This document shows, one piece after another, positions 30,801 to 39,066 of a stretch of 64,000 bases of DNA. The notes beneath the pieces are model-generated. The model made no database searches. It saw only the letters and a program-made list of their open reading frames with translations, and was not told where the DNA came from. The DNA comes from an uncultured Bacteroidales bacterium (lineage in GTDB: Bacteria > Bacteroidota > Bacteroidia > Bacteroidales > UBA10428): assembly GCA_963822145.1 (NCBI GenBank), contig CAWGGG010000004.1, positions 1,252,972 to 1,316,971 on the forward strand, written 5' to 3'. The translations under genes were made by a program, and so were the position numbers. Each line of letters begins with the position of its first letter. Within the stretch, counting starts at the first letter, position 1.

Positions 30801-33800
30801 AACGCTCCCTGTGTAATTAATGAATTGCGTTTTATCTGACCATTGACATTCAGATTACCACCGCTCACCATAATTGTAGGATTTCCTTCCGAGGAATACT
30901 CAATACAATTTCTACGGTTGTTAACCATGTTCCCGACATTTAAGGTACCCGACAAAACCTCAAGTTTCCCGATCAGGAAAAGAGAACTGTCATTGACATT
31001 GTTGTCCACCACGGTTATATTGGCCAGACTGTCCACACTCAGGCATCCGGTTTCAGGAATTGTAAAACTTCGAGTGGCTGAAAGGCTCAAGGTTCCTTGT
31101 TTGATACGTATGGTTCCGTTCCTTAAGGTTAGTGCCGGATCAAAGGCGGCTGAAGTAGATATTGCAGCCCTGACATTCAGAACAGGTGTTTGCGAGGTGC
31201 CCTTATTGACTTCCAGTGAATAAAATGATTTTGCGGCACCCCGTATACTTGCATCTGTAATACCCTTAAAATAGCTGAATATCCTTCCTGGTGCGTTATT
31301 CAGGTTGAATGTTCCTGAACCGGTAAGGCTGCCGTATAATTCTAACACATGGTTAACGGCCGTGCCGAGGTTGTATACTCTGAAAGTACCGTTAACATTA
31401 AGATCTCTATAGACTTTTATAGTTTGTGCATTGTTGTTCCGTACTTCGAAAATCCCCGATGTAACTATCAGATCATGATTTACTGTGATGGTATGAACTG
31501 CCAGGGTATTGGTATTCACCTGGCCCGTTCCTGTGCCGATTATGTTCAGATCATTATAGATATTCAGGTTGCTGTTGGGCAATGTCACTATTGCTGTGTT
31601 CTGGGGACTGATTGTAAGGTTAAAGTAATGATCCAGTGTTAACCCGGTTATATCAGAAACAGTGGGAATTAAAATACTACCTGCACCAATGGTATAGTAA
31701 TCAACAGTACCACCGGTTTCGCCAATAAAATCACCAAAATCTCCCCGAGGGAAATAATTATTTGCCGCTATCCGTAACGTTCCGCTTCCTGATACGCCTT
31801 TGTCCGGCAAAGCTTCAAAATTATGCCCTATGGTAGCCTGAAGGTCGAGCACAGAACCAGAGTAGATGGTTAGACTTCCGGCATTTTTGCCATTCTGGTT
31901 GATAGTTACAGTATGACTATGCGTCGCATCACCAATTATTACCAGGGTGTTGCCATCCGGTACACTGGCGCCGCCCGGTCCTCCAACAGCCGTTGATGAC
32001 CAGGTAGCCGTATTGTTCCAATCACCATTTAGACCCGTACTGTAGCGAACCTGAACAGGTCCGAATGCTGCCGGTTCTCCGGCCGTATATTCTCCCTCAG
32101 CTGTATATGCAGTATCATAGGTCACAACATTGTTACCGTCATTTACCAATACCACATTATTTATTGATATCCAGTTACCTGCCCCATTATTTCTGTAGGC
32201 TGCCGGAATATAATTGCTCTCCGTTCCACTGACGAAGAAGTTGGACAATGCTCCATCATAGGTATAATTGTGTATCACTGAATTTGCCGGTACGCCTGAA
32301 AACCCTGATTCCGAAGTTTTCCAGTAGCAGGCAAGTGAATTGGCAGACTGTGAAAGAGGATGTCTTGTATTCACTGGTCGTGTGGTTACCGTACCATATG
32401 CAGATGGAGCTGCAGCATATCGAACCGATGCAGGCATATAGTAATAAGTAGAATTGCCCGAATTATAAAATCCGAAGGGAAACAAAAAAGCATTCGTATT
32501 GGTGTAGGTCTTGCTCAATCCGCCGTCAGACAATAAACCACTGGTCTGAATCATGCGGGTATTGTTGAAATTCTTCGATGTTCCGGTTAAATTATCAAAT
32601 ATATCGCCGGTAGCGGTGAGGATCAGGTTGTTTGATCCAATATTCAATATGGCTGCGGTGTTGGCCAAGCGTAAATCACCTGTTATTATCGTATTTGCCT
32701 GCAGGTTAACAGAACCAGATGTCTTATTAAGTGTCAGGTTGTTGAACATACCTGATCCGTCACCGGTGATTACTTGCACTGCTGCTCCCGTAAGCTGAAT
32801 GCTTCCTGCGCCGCTCACCGGTTTAAAGTGCGTGCCTGAGTTTGAAATATTTCCCTGCACCTGAAGAATGCGGCCATTATCATTTAAAGTACATCCGTCA
32901 TCAATCTGAAGATTTGCTTTAACAATAACCGGAACAGCAGGAGTGGTATTATTTAGGGTCAGGTCCGATGCATTAGAAAGCGTAAGGTTATTGAGATTTC
33001 CACTGATTGTTCCCAGTATATCAAATGTCTGAGGCCCACTTCCATTGAAGATTGTAGTATTCGTGCCAGGTGTATAGGTTGTTCCTGAAGGAATGTAAAA
33101 ATCTCCCCCAATAAGTAAATCGACATTTTGTGTATTATTGAATACTGCTGAATTTTCCAAGGATAAATCATGAAGAATGATCAGCGGGAGAGCAACAGTA
33201 AGTCCGGTAAATCCAGCAATCGGCCGTACCTGGAAAGTGTTTGCAGTTCCGTATATCTGAAGATTCGGCAGGGGAACTCTTGAATTGAAATAAGCATTGC
33301 GAGGTGTTGAATTGATCCGAATGGTACCTCCTGTGACATTAATATTACGGGGAAGACTGCCAAGTACCATGCTGAAATTCTGGGCTATACCTCCGGCATT
33401 GTTTGGTTGCTTAATATCGATGATACCTCCTGACATAACAAAAACATTTTCAGGAAAAGGGATTGAGAAGGAAGCATGATTATCAGCAGCTCCAGTATCA
33501 TCATATCCCGTAAGCGTGAGGCTGCCGCCATACATTTTAAATGATCCCCTGTGGGTTGCCCCACCCAGAACAGAAGTTCTTAATGATTGTGTGGTAATGG
33601 TTCCGCTTTCGATCTCATAGTTTCCTGATTCCCTGAGGATCATACCGATCTGGCCTGCAAAACTTGCCAGGCAGTCTGACGAAAACCTGATTTTGCCATA
33701 AGCATAAATACCACTGAACTGGGCTACAGAATTAAAGGAAACCGTACAGCCATCAAACCAGATCCCGGCATCTTCATCAACAACGTAGCAATTAGTTGTT

Positions 33801-34897
33801 AAAGAAGGGATGATGATTCCCGGGCCAAGTCGAAGTGTGCCGGAAAGCAATCCAAGGGCATTCATGTTTGGGATGTTGGGTGCGGTGCCGGGATTGAAAT
33901 CTTGCCGGTTGTTGCGGCCCATCAGTTGAAAATTGGTGCTGCTATTTGCGTCAATATTCAGGATATAGGTCTGATCAGTGCCTTTCGAGATCTGAATGCG
34001 ATAAAATACCGAAGTATTACCGCAATAAACAAACTGGTCCTTGCCGGAATTGTCAAAGATTGCATCAGAATATCCATCAGAAACAAGTGGAGGATCCGTC
34101 GTATAGTTTGGAGCCAGAAGCGTTGTAAGCCTGATAATTCCATAATTCGTCAAATTACCGCTAAAATATATCTGATGCCTGTATCTTTGTGCCCCTACAA
34201 GTATTTGTCCGCTGGCATCCACCTGAGCATTGCCAAATACTCTGACTGTTCTTGCAGCGCCGCCGGCGGCACTGCTGCCAATTCTAAGTATACCTTTCTC
34301 AATCGTAATATTTCCATTAATAGTCAGCGCAGCGGCGTTATCATACAGGACTTCATCGGCAGGATTATTTAAACTAATGACCAGATTATTGAAAGTAAAC
34401 TGCGTAAGTGTAAATCCTCCCATGTTTCTGTATTCAACGGTGCCACCACCTGCATTCACAAAGCTACCGGATGCGAAAGTAGGAAATGTTGCAGTGGATA
34501 GCCTTAGCAAACCTGATCCGCTAAAGATCCCAAAACTATGTACAAAGGTATTGGTTGTCAGGTCAAGCACTGCCCCTTCCTGAATGGTAAATCCAAGCGT
34601 TGTAATTGCCGGAACAGCCGCCTGAATGGTTACCGTGCGACCATTCAGAATGACCACAGTATTATTTACAGCAGATGAAGGTGTATTATTACCAGGATTA
34701 ATAAGGGTTGTTCCTGATGGATCAGTTGTCCAGGTCCTCCAATCTGTCCAGTTGCCCGACTGATAACTATACCAGGTTGTTTGTGCATAAATGCCTGCTG
34801 AAAAGAGGAATATAAGTAAGAATATAGAGAGTAAATTGCGAAAGCAAGGGATCCAATCATTTATGCTAATAAAGAATTTGCCCAAATTAGTCTTCAT
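21803..34897 (-). CDS. Giant SprB-like cell-surface adhesin with a T9SS type B (gliding-motility-associated) C-terminal sorting domain
   Basis: 4364-aa uninterrupted ORF with an N-terminal signal/anchor. It contains long beta-rich repetitive regions, 12 tandem 89-aa PKD/Ig-like repeats and further Ig-like domains. The C-terminus is NAFTPNEDNVHDYWEINNIHLFPDADIQVFDRWGRLVFRS...YYYIIDLK...GTITIIR. Confidence 0.92.
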   Translation of the reverse strand: MKTNLGKFFISINDWIPCFRNLLSIFLLIFLFSAGIYAQTTWYSYQSGNWTDWRTWTTDPSGTTLINPGNNTPSSAVNNTVVILNGRTVTIQAAVPAITTLGFTIQEGAVLDLTTNTFVHSFGIFSGSGLLRLSTATFPTFASGSFVNAGGGTVEYRNMGGFTLTQFTFNNLVISLNNPADEVLYDNAAALTINGNITIEKGILRIGSSAAGGAARTVRVFGNAQVDASGQILVGAQRYRHQIYFSGNLTNYGIIRLTTLLAPNYTTDPPLVSDGYSDAIFDNSGKDQFVYCGNTSVFYRIQISKGTDQTYILNIDANSSTNFQLMGRNNRQDFNPGTAPNIPNMNALGLLSGTLRLGPGIIIPSLTTNCYVVDEDAGIWFDGCTVSFNSVAQFSGIYAYGKIRFSSDCLASFAGQIGMILRESGNYEIESGTITTQSLRTSVLGGATHRGSFKMYGGSLTLTGYDDTGAADNHASFSIPFPENVFVMSGGIIDIKQPNNAGGIAQNFSMVLGSLPRNINVTGGTIRINSTPRNAYFNSRVPLPNLQIYGTANTFQVRPIAGFTGLTVALPLIILHDLSLENSAVFNNTQNVDLLIGGDFYIPSGTTYTPGTNTTIFNGSGPQTFDILGTISGNLNNLTLSNASDLTLNNTTPAVPVIVKANLQIDDGCTLNDNGRILQVQGNISNSGTHFKPVSGAGSIQLTGAAVQVITGDGSGMFNNLTLNKTSGSVNLQANTIITGDLRLANTAAILNIGSNNLILTATGDIFDNLTGTSKNFNNTRMIQTSGLLSDGGLSKTYTNTNAFLFPFGFYNSGNSTYYYMPASVRYAAAPSAYGTVTTRPVNTRHPLSQSANSLACYWKTSESGFSGVPANSVIHNYTYDGALSNFFVSGTESNYIPAAYRNNGAGNWISINNVVLVNDGNNVVTYDTAYTAEGEYTAGEPAAFGPVQVRYSTGLNGDWNNTATWSSTAVGGPGGASVPDGNTLVIIGDATHSHTVTINQNGKNAGSLTIYSGSVLDLQATIGHNFEALPDKGVSGSGTLRIAANNYFPRGDFGDFIGETGGTVDYYTIGAGSILIPTVSDITGLTLDHYFNLTISPQNTAIVTLPNSNLNIYNDLNIIGTGTGQVNTNTLAVHTITVNHDLIVTSGIFEVRNNNAQTIKVYRDLNVNGTFRVYNLGTAVNHVLELYGSLTGSGTFNLNNAPGRIFSYFKGITDASIRGAAKSFYSLEVNKGTSQTPVLNVRAAISTSAAFDPALTLRNGTIRIKQGTLSLSATRSFTIPETGCLSVDSLANITVVDNNVNDSSLFLIGKLEVLSGTLNVGNMVNNRRNCIEYSSEGNPTIMVSGGNLNVNGQIKRNSLITQGALQYTQSNGTVTIYGKNYDNTRAKFEICNNSSSFAFSGGNLNIIRGGGVDFGDVYIRPEISNVTGGTMNLSQGTLTSNQTYNIDASCNLHNLSVTGNATNVATARIMVNALVLSGNLNIATNSVLNCNNRNVSVEGNYTNNGTYTAGTNTTIFNGSNTQSATFGVATTFNKLLINKTTGTGITFSGAVNPVISDSLTINGGSLINANNFNIIAQGNIINSGIHASATGLGSLVIQGTKNQIISGNGNGQFGNVNFSNGAANGVTLANDITLNGVITLTSGYLYADEYRITLSAASSISAAPVPGNPANNNWIITNGVLSDKGVTKVFPPSSPATFTFPIGVANKYTPATYTLSYTGAPGSITIKPINNRIPSLTDAPLNELQYYWNVTNTDFGGLTSVSHSYKYLSGDIQGTLETNATFVGARYYSNVWTNLGHGVINIGNHSIDLTGTAYIDGEYTCGEAINFASKPVYYSYDNALNITTTGADWNMATSWATGGHNGTVSTSPPDGNPIIIKAGHKINITNDDRSAYSILDNGILNINSTIGHNFGHVSGNGRFIIVNTLSSQFVFPGGDYTGFLNTTGSTVEYNGSNGPMLSSSVSPTFKTYQNLEFTGSIAKSLSCVNLLIKGNLLITGSQVNNTLYNKDIIIWGNWTDSYANGFLPGKGVVSFEGSALQTITTPNPEHFYNFRINNPSGVALSGTAEISNRLYLTNGRINTTSTNLLTITNTSPFAVIGGSDASFVDGPLNKRILLGQSFNFPVGNFNASAGKPTRYGNVLISEVSATNDWRVQYINNDPNGSYSRSNLLSPLTWVSNNEYWIVTRPGANTANVRLRWDNFSNIGAVNSTRVAEWVTPSNRWEEKGNVAAGTLSSGTVATSVPVATDNYIFTLGVTGVTARITNVNPASVCNNGDVITVTVVLTGSPNWTLSYNAGPNSFVQSGISSGTYNIQLTGADFGGPGTYNVQLTAVSDASSSGIVDGTTFPVTILNSYIPDITGATFTVGVNESRAFSTALHGGSTYVWQWVGASGGSIPGGSSESKTIAITGTPGVYQLQVIETNAGCSSSDIQAITVVNTPAPSITPTNSNICIGTTLGYSTTLVANHEYRWTVTNGNCTGCSATYSTTQNSISVTWNSAGAGSVMVDEHVVGSGSPGTFATNTVNVVVDPQPLTSLIVTAPASVCDGSIAIINVAGSQSGFSYQLREGVINIGSSVAGTGGGINLPSGVLTGNTTFNVLSYNNGCSEQLTTTPTVAINPLPGAAGAITGTSPVCQGQNNVSYSVGAITNATSYTWSYSGTGATITGGTTNAVTISFAANATSGTLTVQGVNACGGGTVSTGYPITVNPLPAAAGAITGTSPVCQGQNNVSYSVGAITNATSYTWSYSGTGATITGGTTNAVTISFAANATSGTLTVQGVNACGSGTVSTGYPITVNPLPGAAGAITGTSPVCQGQNNVSYSVGAITNATSYTWSYSGTGATITGGTTNAVTISFAANATSGTLTVQGVNACGSGTVSTGYPITVNPLPGAAGAITGTSPVCQGQNNVSYSVGAITNATSYTWSYSGTGATITGGTTNAVTISFAANATSGTLTVQGVNACGSGTVSTGYPITVNPLPGAAGAITGTSPVCQGQNNVSYSVGAITNATSYTWSYSGTGATITGGTTNAVTISFAANATSGTLTVQGVNACGNGTVSAGYAITVNPLPGAAGAITGTSPVCQGQNNVSYSVGAITNATSYTWSYSGTGATITGGTTNAVTISFAANATSGTLTVQGVNACGSGTVSTGYPITVNPLPAAAGAITGTSPVCQGQNNVSYSVGAITNATSYTWSYSGTGATITGGTTNAVTISFAANATSGTLTVQGVNACGSGTVSTGYPITVNPLPGAAGAITGTSPVCQGQNNVSYSVGAITNATSYTWSYSGTGATITGGTTNAVTISFAANATSGTLTVQGVNACGSGTVSTGYPITVNPLPGAAGAITGTSPVCQGQNNVSYSVGAITNATSYTWSYSGTGATITGGTTNAVTISFAANATSGTLTVQGVNACGSGTVSTGYPITVNPLPGAAGAITGTSPVCQGQNNVSYSVGAITNATSYTWSYSGTGATITGGTTNAVTISFAANATSGTLTVQGVNACGSGTVSTGYPITVNPLPGAAGAITGTSPVCQGQNNVSYSVGAITNATSYTWSYSGTGATITGGTTNAVTISFAANATSGTLTVQGVNACGNGTVSAGYAITVNPLPAAAGAITGTSPVCQGQNNVSYSVGAITNATSYTWSYSGTGATITGGTTNAVTISFAANATSGTLTVQGVNACGNGTVSASYPITVIQSVGVPVFDAGITSTRCHSAGTVVYTATASNSTGITYTLDAGSTAAGNTINSASGEVTYDADWYGTSTITATAFGCNGPVAATHTSVTSFPLTSSITGAVAPSCMATGVAYSVAVTAGSSYSWSVPTDATIASGETGPGNNQILIDFGMQSGNVTVIETDASGCQGDPVSLAITILGCNISAGFIANDTVICLGESVLFTDASQGMATGTYQWSFGADAVPASATGMGPHTVQYLTAGSKSVQLIVENGISDTLLKVDYITVNSIPTVSVESADRCGAGDVVFSAMVTHGDQVEFSLDGGITVIETVSSPPFEYEASIAEGSSLQVWARAMNTLSGCVGTWDSSAHSHAFEIPVAEMIASAHTGSFPEGYVDVECYGQSNAYYYVRNPDHLSSYNWRIPELDSMILDTVNFEIDWDFPAGDYTLQLEKTSADGCVSAIRDTLVMISQPDPDLGGEVALCGNDSYTFDLTDQFTNYLWQDNSEGPIYTATTAGEVSVKVWDAYSCSGTDTVMVSQYSNPVVNLGNDTILCGDNALILDAGDFAVYDWSTNEIINPITVHEGAGLVSVTVTDENGCQAYDEILIGECTPETLLGIITNAFTPNEDNVHDYWEINNIHLFPDADIQVFDRWGRLVFRSDGGYRNNWNGTGTNGKDLPMDTYYYIIDLKIDGVEPVAGTITIIR
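23849..27052 (-). repeat. 12 head-to-tail, near-identical 267-bp coding repeats (89-aa PKD-like domain)
   Basis: The unit is NPLP[GA]AAGAITGTSPVCQGQNNVSYSVGAITNATSYTWSYSGTGATITGGTTNAVTISFAANATSGTLTVQGVNACG[GSN]GTVS[TA][GS]Y[PA]ITV. Antisense ORFs recur every 267 bp (24015, 24282 ... 26685). 12 x 267 = 3204 bp, which matches the unit boundaries at 27052 and 23849. Confidence 0.95.
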
Positions 34898-35217
34898 AAT
34901 AGGTAGAAATTAGGGATGTCGGCAAGTTATTACAACAGTGCGCATATTAAAAGCATTTAGAGAATTACTTATTAACTTTTTTATGAAAAGTAACCGTCTT
35001 ATCACGTGTAGGTTCATATCGTTATGCACATTCAGATCAGTTTCCCTTAACGAAATTAGTAATAAAAAAAATTCTTTCCTTACCTACCTACCACATTATC
35101 GTTCAGTTTATTACCTTGTAACACCAGTTTTTAGTGTGAAACGGAAAATAACCAGGGTCAATCCTCCGTTGTTATCACAAAAATCTTTTACCTTTGGCGT
35201 ATAAAAAAATAATTACT

Positions 35218-36078
35218 ATGAATAAAAATAAATTTAATTCCCTGATGGTACTGCTTGTATTGGCTTTATGCCTTCCAATTGCCTGTAAAAAAAGCAGTGA
35301 AACAAAAAAGAATATTGGTATTCAGCTCTACTCGCTGAGGGACAGCATGAGCGTGAATCCGGTGAAAACAGTTGAAGAGGTTGGCAAGATCGGCTACACT
35401 TTTGTTGAACCTGCTGGTTATTCCGACGGTAAGTTTTATGGTATGAGCCCGGCCGATTTTAAATCATTGATTGAAAATAACGCGATGATCGTGATCAGTT
35501 CTCATACCGGCCAGCCGGTTCCGGATTCAGCCAGGTGGGACAGCGTGATGACCTGGTGGGATCAGTGCATAGCTGCTCATGCCGCAATCGGAACGAAGTA
35601 TATTGTTCAGCCCTTTATGGACAGCATCGGCTATCAGTCTATTGCCGGATTACAACGCTATTGTGATTATTTCAATGCCATTGGAGAAAAATGCAAAGCC
35701 CAGGGAATGAAATTTGGTTATCACAACCATTCTGATGAATTCAAACAGGTAGAGGGTCAGGTGATCTATGACTATATGCTGGAACATACCGATTCCTCCA
35801 AAGTTGTTTTCGAGATAGATCTATACTGGGCTAAAGAAGGGGGTGCAGATCCTGTTGCCTATTTCACCAAATATCCCAGGCGTTTTGAACTCTGGCATGT
35901 TAAGGACGTGAAGGAAGTTGGCGCCAGTGGGACCATGGACTTTAAAACCTATTTTGAAAATGCTGAATTGTCCGGCATGAAATACCCGATCGTAGAGCAG
36001 GAAGAATATACGACAACCCCGCTCGAAGGCGTCAAGCAATCCTTTGAATTTCTTAACACTGCCGAGTACGTGAAATAA
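35218..36078 (+). CDS. Sugar phosphate isomerase/epimerase (xylose-isomerase-like TIM barrel), lipoprotein
   Basis: ORF with the ATG at 35218 (the track start at 35194 is a TTG). It has a signal plus lipobox LPIAC and the motif IGIQLYSLRD typical of the family. Confidence 0.75.
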   Translation: MNKNKFNSLMVLLVLALCLPIACKKSSETKKNIGIQLYSLRDSMSVNPVKTVEEVGKIGYTFVEPAGYSDGKFYGMSPADFKSLIENNAMIVISSHTGQPVPDSARWDSVMTWWDQCIAAHAAIGTKYIVQPFMDSIGYQSIAGLQRYCDYFNAIGEKCKAQGMKFGYHNHSDEFKQVEGQVIYDYMLEHTDSSKVVFEIDLYWAKEGGADPVAYFTKYPRRFELWHVKDVKEVGASGTMDFKTYFENAELSGMKYPIVEQEEYTTTPLEGVKQSFEFLNTAEYVK

Positions 36079-36132
36079 TTGGAAATGGTTCTTCATGGGA
36101 CCCTGATATTCCCGTTCGGGTCTAAGATTAAG

Positions 36133-36172
36133 GTAGAGACGGTACTGCTGTGTACCGTCTCTACTTTTTTTT
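36133..36172 (+). terminator. Strong rho-independent terminator
   Basis: 13-bp perfect stem GTAGAGACGGTAC (36133-36145) / GTACCGTCTCTAC (36152-36164), a 6-nt loop, then 8 T. Confidence 0.85.
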
Positions 36173-36215
36173 ACAGGAAATTTGTATATTGCATATACAT
36201 AACCAACATGAAAAA

Positions 36216-37964
36216 ATGAAGCAACTTTCTTTCTTATTCCTCCTTTTTTGGTCGACAGGTTTTTCCACAGCTCAAGTTCCGCGGCAAAAAACCTATTGTA
36301 ATCCAATGGATATCAATTACCGTTATAACTTTGAGCAGCTGAATGAAAACATTTCTTACCGTTCAGGAGCTGATCCGGTAATTGTCAACCACCGGGGCGA
36401 GTATTACCTTTTTGTTACTATTTCCGGTGGATGGTGGCACTCGACAGACCTGCTTCACTGGGAATATGTTGTGCCGGATAAATGGCCCATGGAGGATATG
36501 TGTGCCCCGGCCGCGCTATCAGTAAGGGATACCCTTTTTCTATTCCAAAGTACTTTCGATCTCCGGCCGATTTTTTATACCACAACTCCATGGAACGGGC
36601 ATCTTGAGTTCTATAACAGGCTGCTTCCCAAACTGCGTGGTGCGACAGGCCCCTGGGACCCTGCCATTTTCCATGATGACGATACTGACAAATGGTACAT
36701 GTACTGGGGCTCCTCCAATGTCTTTCCCATATATGGCATCGAACTTGACCATAAAAAGCGTCTCACTTATATAGATACGGCAAAGGTCATGTTTTACCTG
36801 AATCCCGAGCTGCACGGATGGGAACGTTTCGGCCGGGATCACCGCGACAGCATAAAGCCATTCATTGAGGGGGCATGGATGACCAAGTATAAGGGGAAGT
36901 ATTATCTCCAGTATGGCGCCCCAGGCACGGAATACAATGTTTATGCAAACGGCACTTATATAGGAGACCATCCGCTTGGACCATTCCTTTATGCACCTTA
37001 TAATCCCATTTCCTATAAACCGGGAGGTTTTTTGACCGGGGCCGGACATGGAAATACCTTCCAGGATAATTTCGGCAACTACTGGAATACCGGAACACCC
37101 TGGGTTGCTGTCAACTGGAATTTTGAACGGCGGGTAGCCATGTTCCCGGCTGGATTTGACGGTGACGGACAGATGTTTTCCAACACCCGATTCGGGGATT
37201 TTCCGCATTATCTGCCTGCCTCAAAATGGACAGATAAGGATGACCTGTTCACAGGATGGATGTTGCTATCCTACAGGAAACCCTGTACTGCTTCCTCTTC
37301 CAGAATCAACTACGCTCCTCTCACTGTAACAGATGAGAATCCCCGTACTTTCTGGGTAGCCGAGCGCAAAACAGAAGGTGAATGGCTGATCATTGACCTT
37401 CAGCAAAATTGTGAAGTCCGGGCTGTCCAGGTTAACTATACCGATTTCCAGTCGGGCATATTCAACAGCGATTCCAGTGTTTACACCCGGTTTATATTAT
37501 ATCAGTCGGATGACGGAAAGACATGGAAGCTAATGGCAGATCTTTCAAAGGAAAAGAATGACCGGCCGAATGCCTATATTGAACTCGAGAAACCTGTAAA
37601 CACAAGATACATTAAGTTCCAGCATATCTATGTCGCCTCCAGAAACCTGGCTGTAAGCGACATACGGGTATTCGGTAAAGGTACTGGCAAACCGCCCGCA
37701 TGTCCGGTTGACCTGCAAATATCCCGGGATAAGGATCCTCGCAATGTGTTTCTTTCCTGGGATCCGGTTAAAGGTGCTACAGGATATAACATTTTGTGGG
37801 GAATCAAACCTGAGAAACTTTATCAGACCTACCAGAGGTTTGCGGACGAAGGTAACCGGCTTGAGATAAGGGCTCTTAATGTTGGCCAGGAGTATTATTT
37901 TGCCATTGAAGCATTTAATGAGAGTGGCGTTTCACTTCCCAGTAAACCGGTATATTGTAAATAA
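36216..37964 (+). CDS. Secreted glycoside hydrolase family 43-like enzyme with F5/8-type-C (discoidin) and Fn3-like C-terminal domains
   Basis: The start is set at MKQLSFLFLLFWSTGFSTAQ, because the track start at 36150 (GTG) lies inside the upstream terminator. GH43-like motif GADPVIVNHRGEYYLFVT. Discoidin-like motif FWVAE...EWLIIDL...VQVNY. Confidence 0.72.
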   Translation: MKQLSFLFLLFWSTGFSTAQVPRQKTYCNPMDINYRYNFEQLNENISYRSGADPVIVNHRGEYYLFVTISGGWWHSTDLLHWEYVVPDKWPMEDMCAPAALSVRDTLFLFQSTFDLRPIFYTTTPWNGHLEFYNRLLPKLRGATGPWDPAIFHDDDTDKWYMYWGSSNVFPIYGIELDHKKRLTYIDTAKVMFYLNPELHGWERFGRDHRDSIKPFIEGAWMTKYKGKYYLQYGAPGTEYNVYANGTYIGDHPLGPFLYAPYNPISYKPGGFLTGAGHGNTFQDNFGNYWNTGTPWVAVNWNFERRVAMFPAGFDGDGQMFSNTRFGDFPHYLPASKWTDKDDLFTGWMLLSYRKPCTASSSRINYAPLTVTDENPRTFWVAERKTEGEWLIIDLQQNCEVRAVQVNYTDFQSGIFNSDSSVYTRFILYQSDDGKTWKLMADLSKEKNDRPNAYIELEKPVNTRYIKFQHIYVASRNLAVSDIRVFGKGTGKPPACPVDLQISRDKDPRNVFLSWDPVKGATGYNILWGIKPEKLYQTYQRFADEGNRLEIRALNVGQEYYFAIEAFNESGVSLPSKPVYCK

Positions 37965-37995
37965 GGGTACACCCTGCAGTTTAACGCAAGAACTT

Positions 37996-38997
37996 ATGAA
38001 AACAACAGCAATTACTGTATTCCTTGTATTGGCCATCATCCTGACAGGCTGTGTTCAGAACCAAAAAATGATCATGACTGTGACAGGACCCGTTGATGTT
38101 AATCTGATCGGAATCACACTGGCACACGAACATATCCTGGTGGATTTTATTGGGGCGGACAGCTCCGGTTATCACCGTTGGAACAAGGATACCGTAATTG
38201 CTAAAGTGCTTCCGTATTTGCTGGAAGCAAAGGCAGCGGGAGTATCCACCCTGGTGGAATGCACACCAGCCTACCTCGGGAGAGATCCTGTTTTGTTGAA
38301 ACGACTTTCGTTACTCAGCGGTTTGAATATCATCACCAATACAGGTTATTATGGCGCCATTGAAAACAAGGCCATACCGGATCACGCGTATGAAGAAACC
38401 GCTGATCAGCTTGCAGCAAGATGGATTGCTGAATGGGAGAATGGTATAGAAGACACAGGTATCAAACCGGGCTTTATTAAAATTGCCATACCTGAAGATT
38501 CAATGCTGTCCGCTATACATGAGAAGATCGTGCGGGCAGCAGCAAGGACACACCTGAAAACAGGTTTAGTCATCAATGTGCATATAGGCCCATCAGCGGC
38601 AGCGGAAGCGGTATTAAGGTTACTGAAAGAAGAAGGAGTGCACCCTTCGGCATTCATATGGACACATGCACAGGCAGGGAGCCAGGACTCGCATGTCAGG
38701 CTGGCTGAAACCGGCACCTGGATCTCCCTTGACAATGTCATGCCGGATAATATTGCCCAATATGTATCTGCGCTGATCCATTTAAAAAACAACCATTTGC
38801 TTCAAAACGTGCTGATATCCCATGATGCTGGCTGGTATGATGTAATAAATCCCGGAAGCGTGAAATACCGGGGATATACTACTGTCTTTGAACAACTTAA
38901 ACCAGCTCTAATTAACGCAGGGTTCTCCGATAAAGAGTTTAACAGGCTCCTGATCGACAATCCTGCCAGGGCGTATGCGATTGGAAGGAAGATCTAA
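37996..38997 (+). CDS. Phosphotriesterase-family (PTE/PHP-like) metal hydrolase, lipoprotein
   Basis: Start at MKTTAITVFLVLAIILTGC (ATG at 37996). Hallmark motif GITLAHEHILVDF. The track start at 37879 overlaps the previous gene. Confidence 0.8.
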   Translation: MKTTAITVFLVLAIILTGCVQNQKMIMTVTGPVDVNLIGITLAHEHILVDFIGADSSGYHRWNKDTVIAKVLPYLLEAKAAGVSTLVECTPAYLGRDPVLLKRLSLLSGLNIITNTGYYGAIENKAIPDHAYEETADQLAARWIAEWENGIEDTGIKPGFIKIAIPEDSMLSAIHEKIVRAAARTHLKTGLVINVHIGPSAAAEAVLRLLKEEGVHPSAFIWTHAQAGSQDSHVRLAETGTWISLDNVMPDNIAQYVSALIHLKNNHLLQNVLISHDAGWYDVINPGSVKYRGYTTVFEQLKPALINAGFSDKEFNRLLIDNPARAYAIGRKI

Positions 38998-39037
38998 GAT
39001 TTAAGATTCAAGATCCAAGATTTAAGATTCAAGAAAT
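38989..39037 (+). repeat. Tandem heptamer array (AAGATYY) x7 overlapping the PTE stop codon
   Basis: aagatct aagattt aagattc aagatcc aagattt aagattc aagaaat. The TAA stop (38995-38997) spans the junction of units 1 and 2. Confidence 0.95.
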
Positions 39038-39066
39038 TGAACTAACCTTTGTCAACAACATGAATT

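Noticed and set aside
36540-37208. A 222-aa minus-strand ORF, and a 78-aa ORF at 36862-37098.
   Set aside because: They are antisense to the GH43-like gene, which has clear family motifs. They show no motif of their own.
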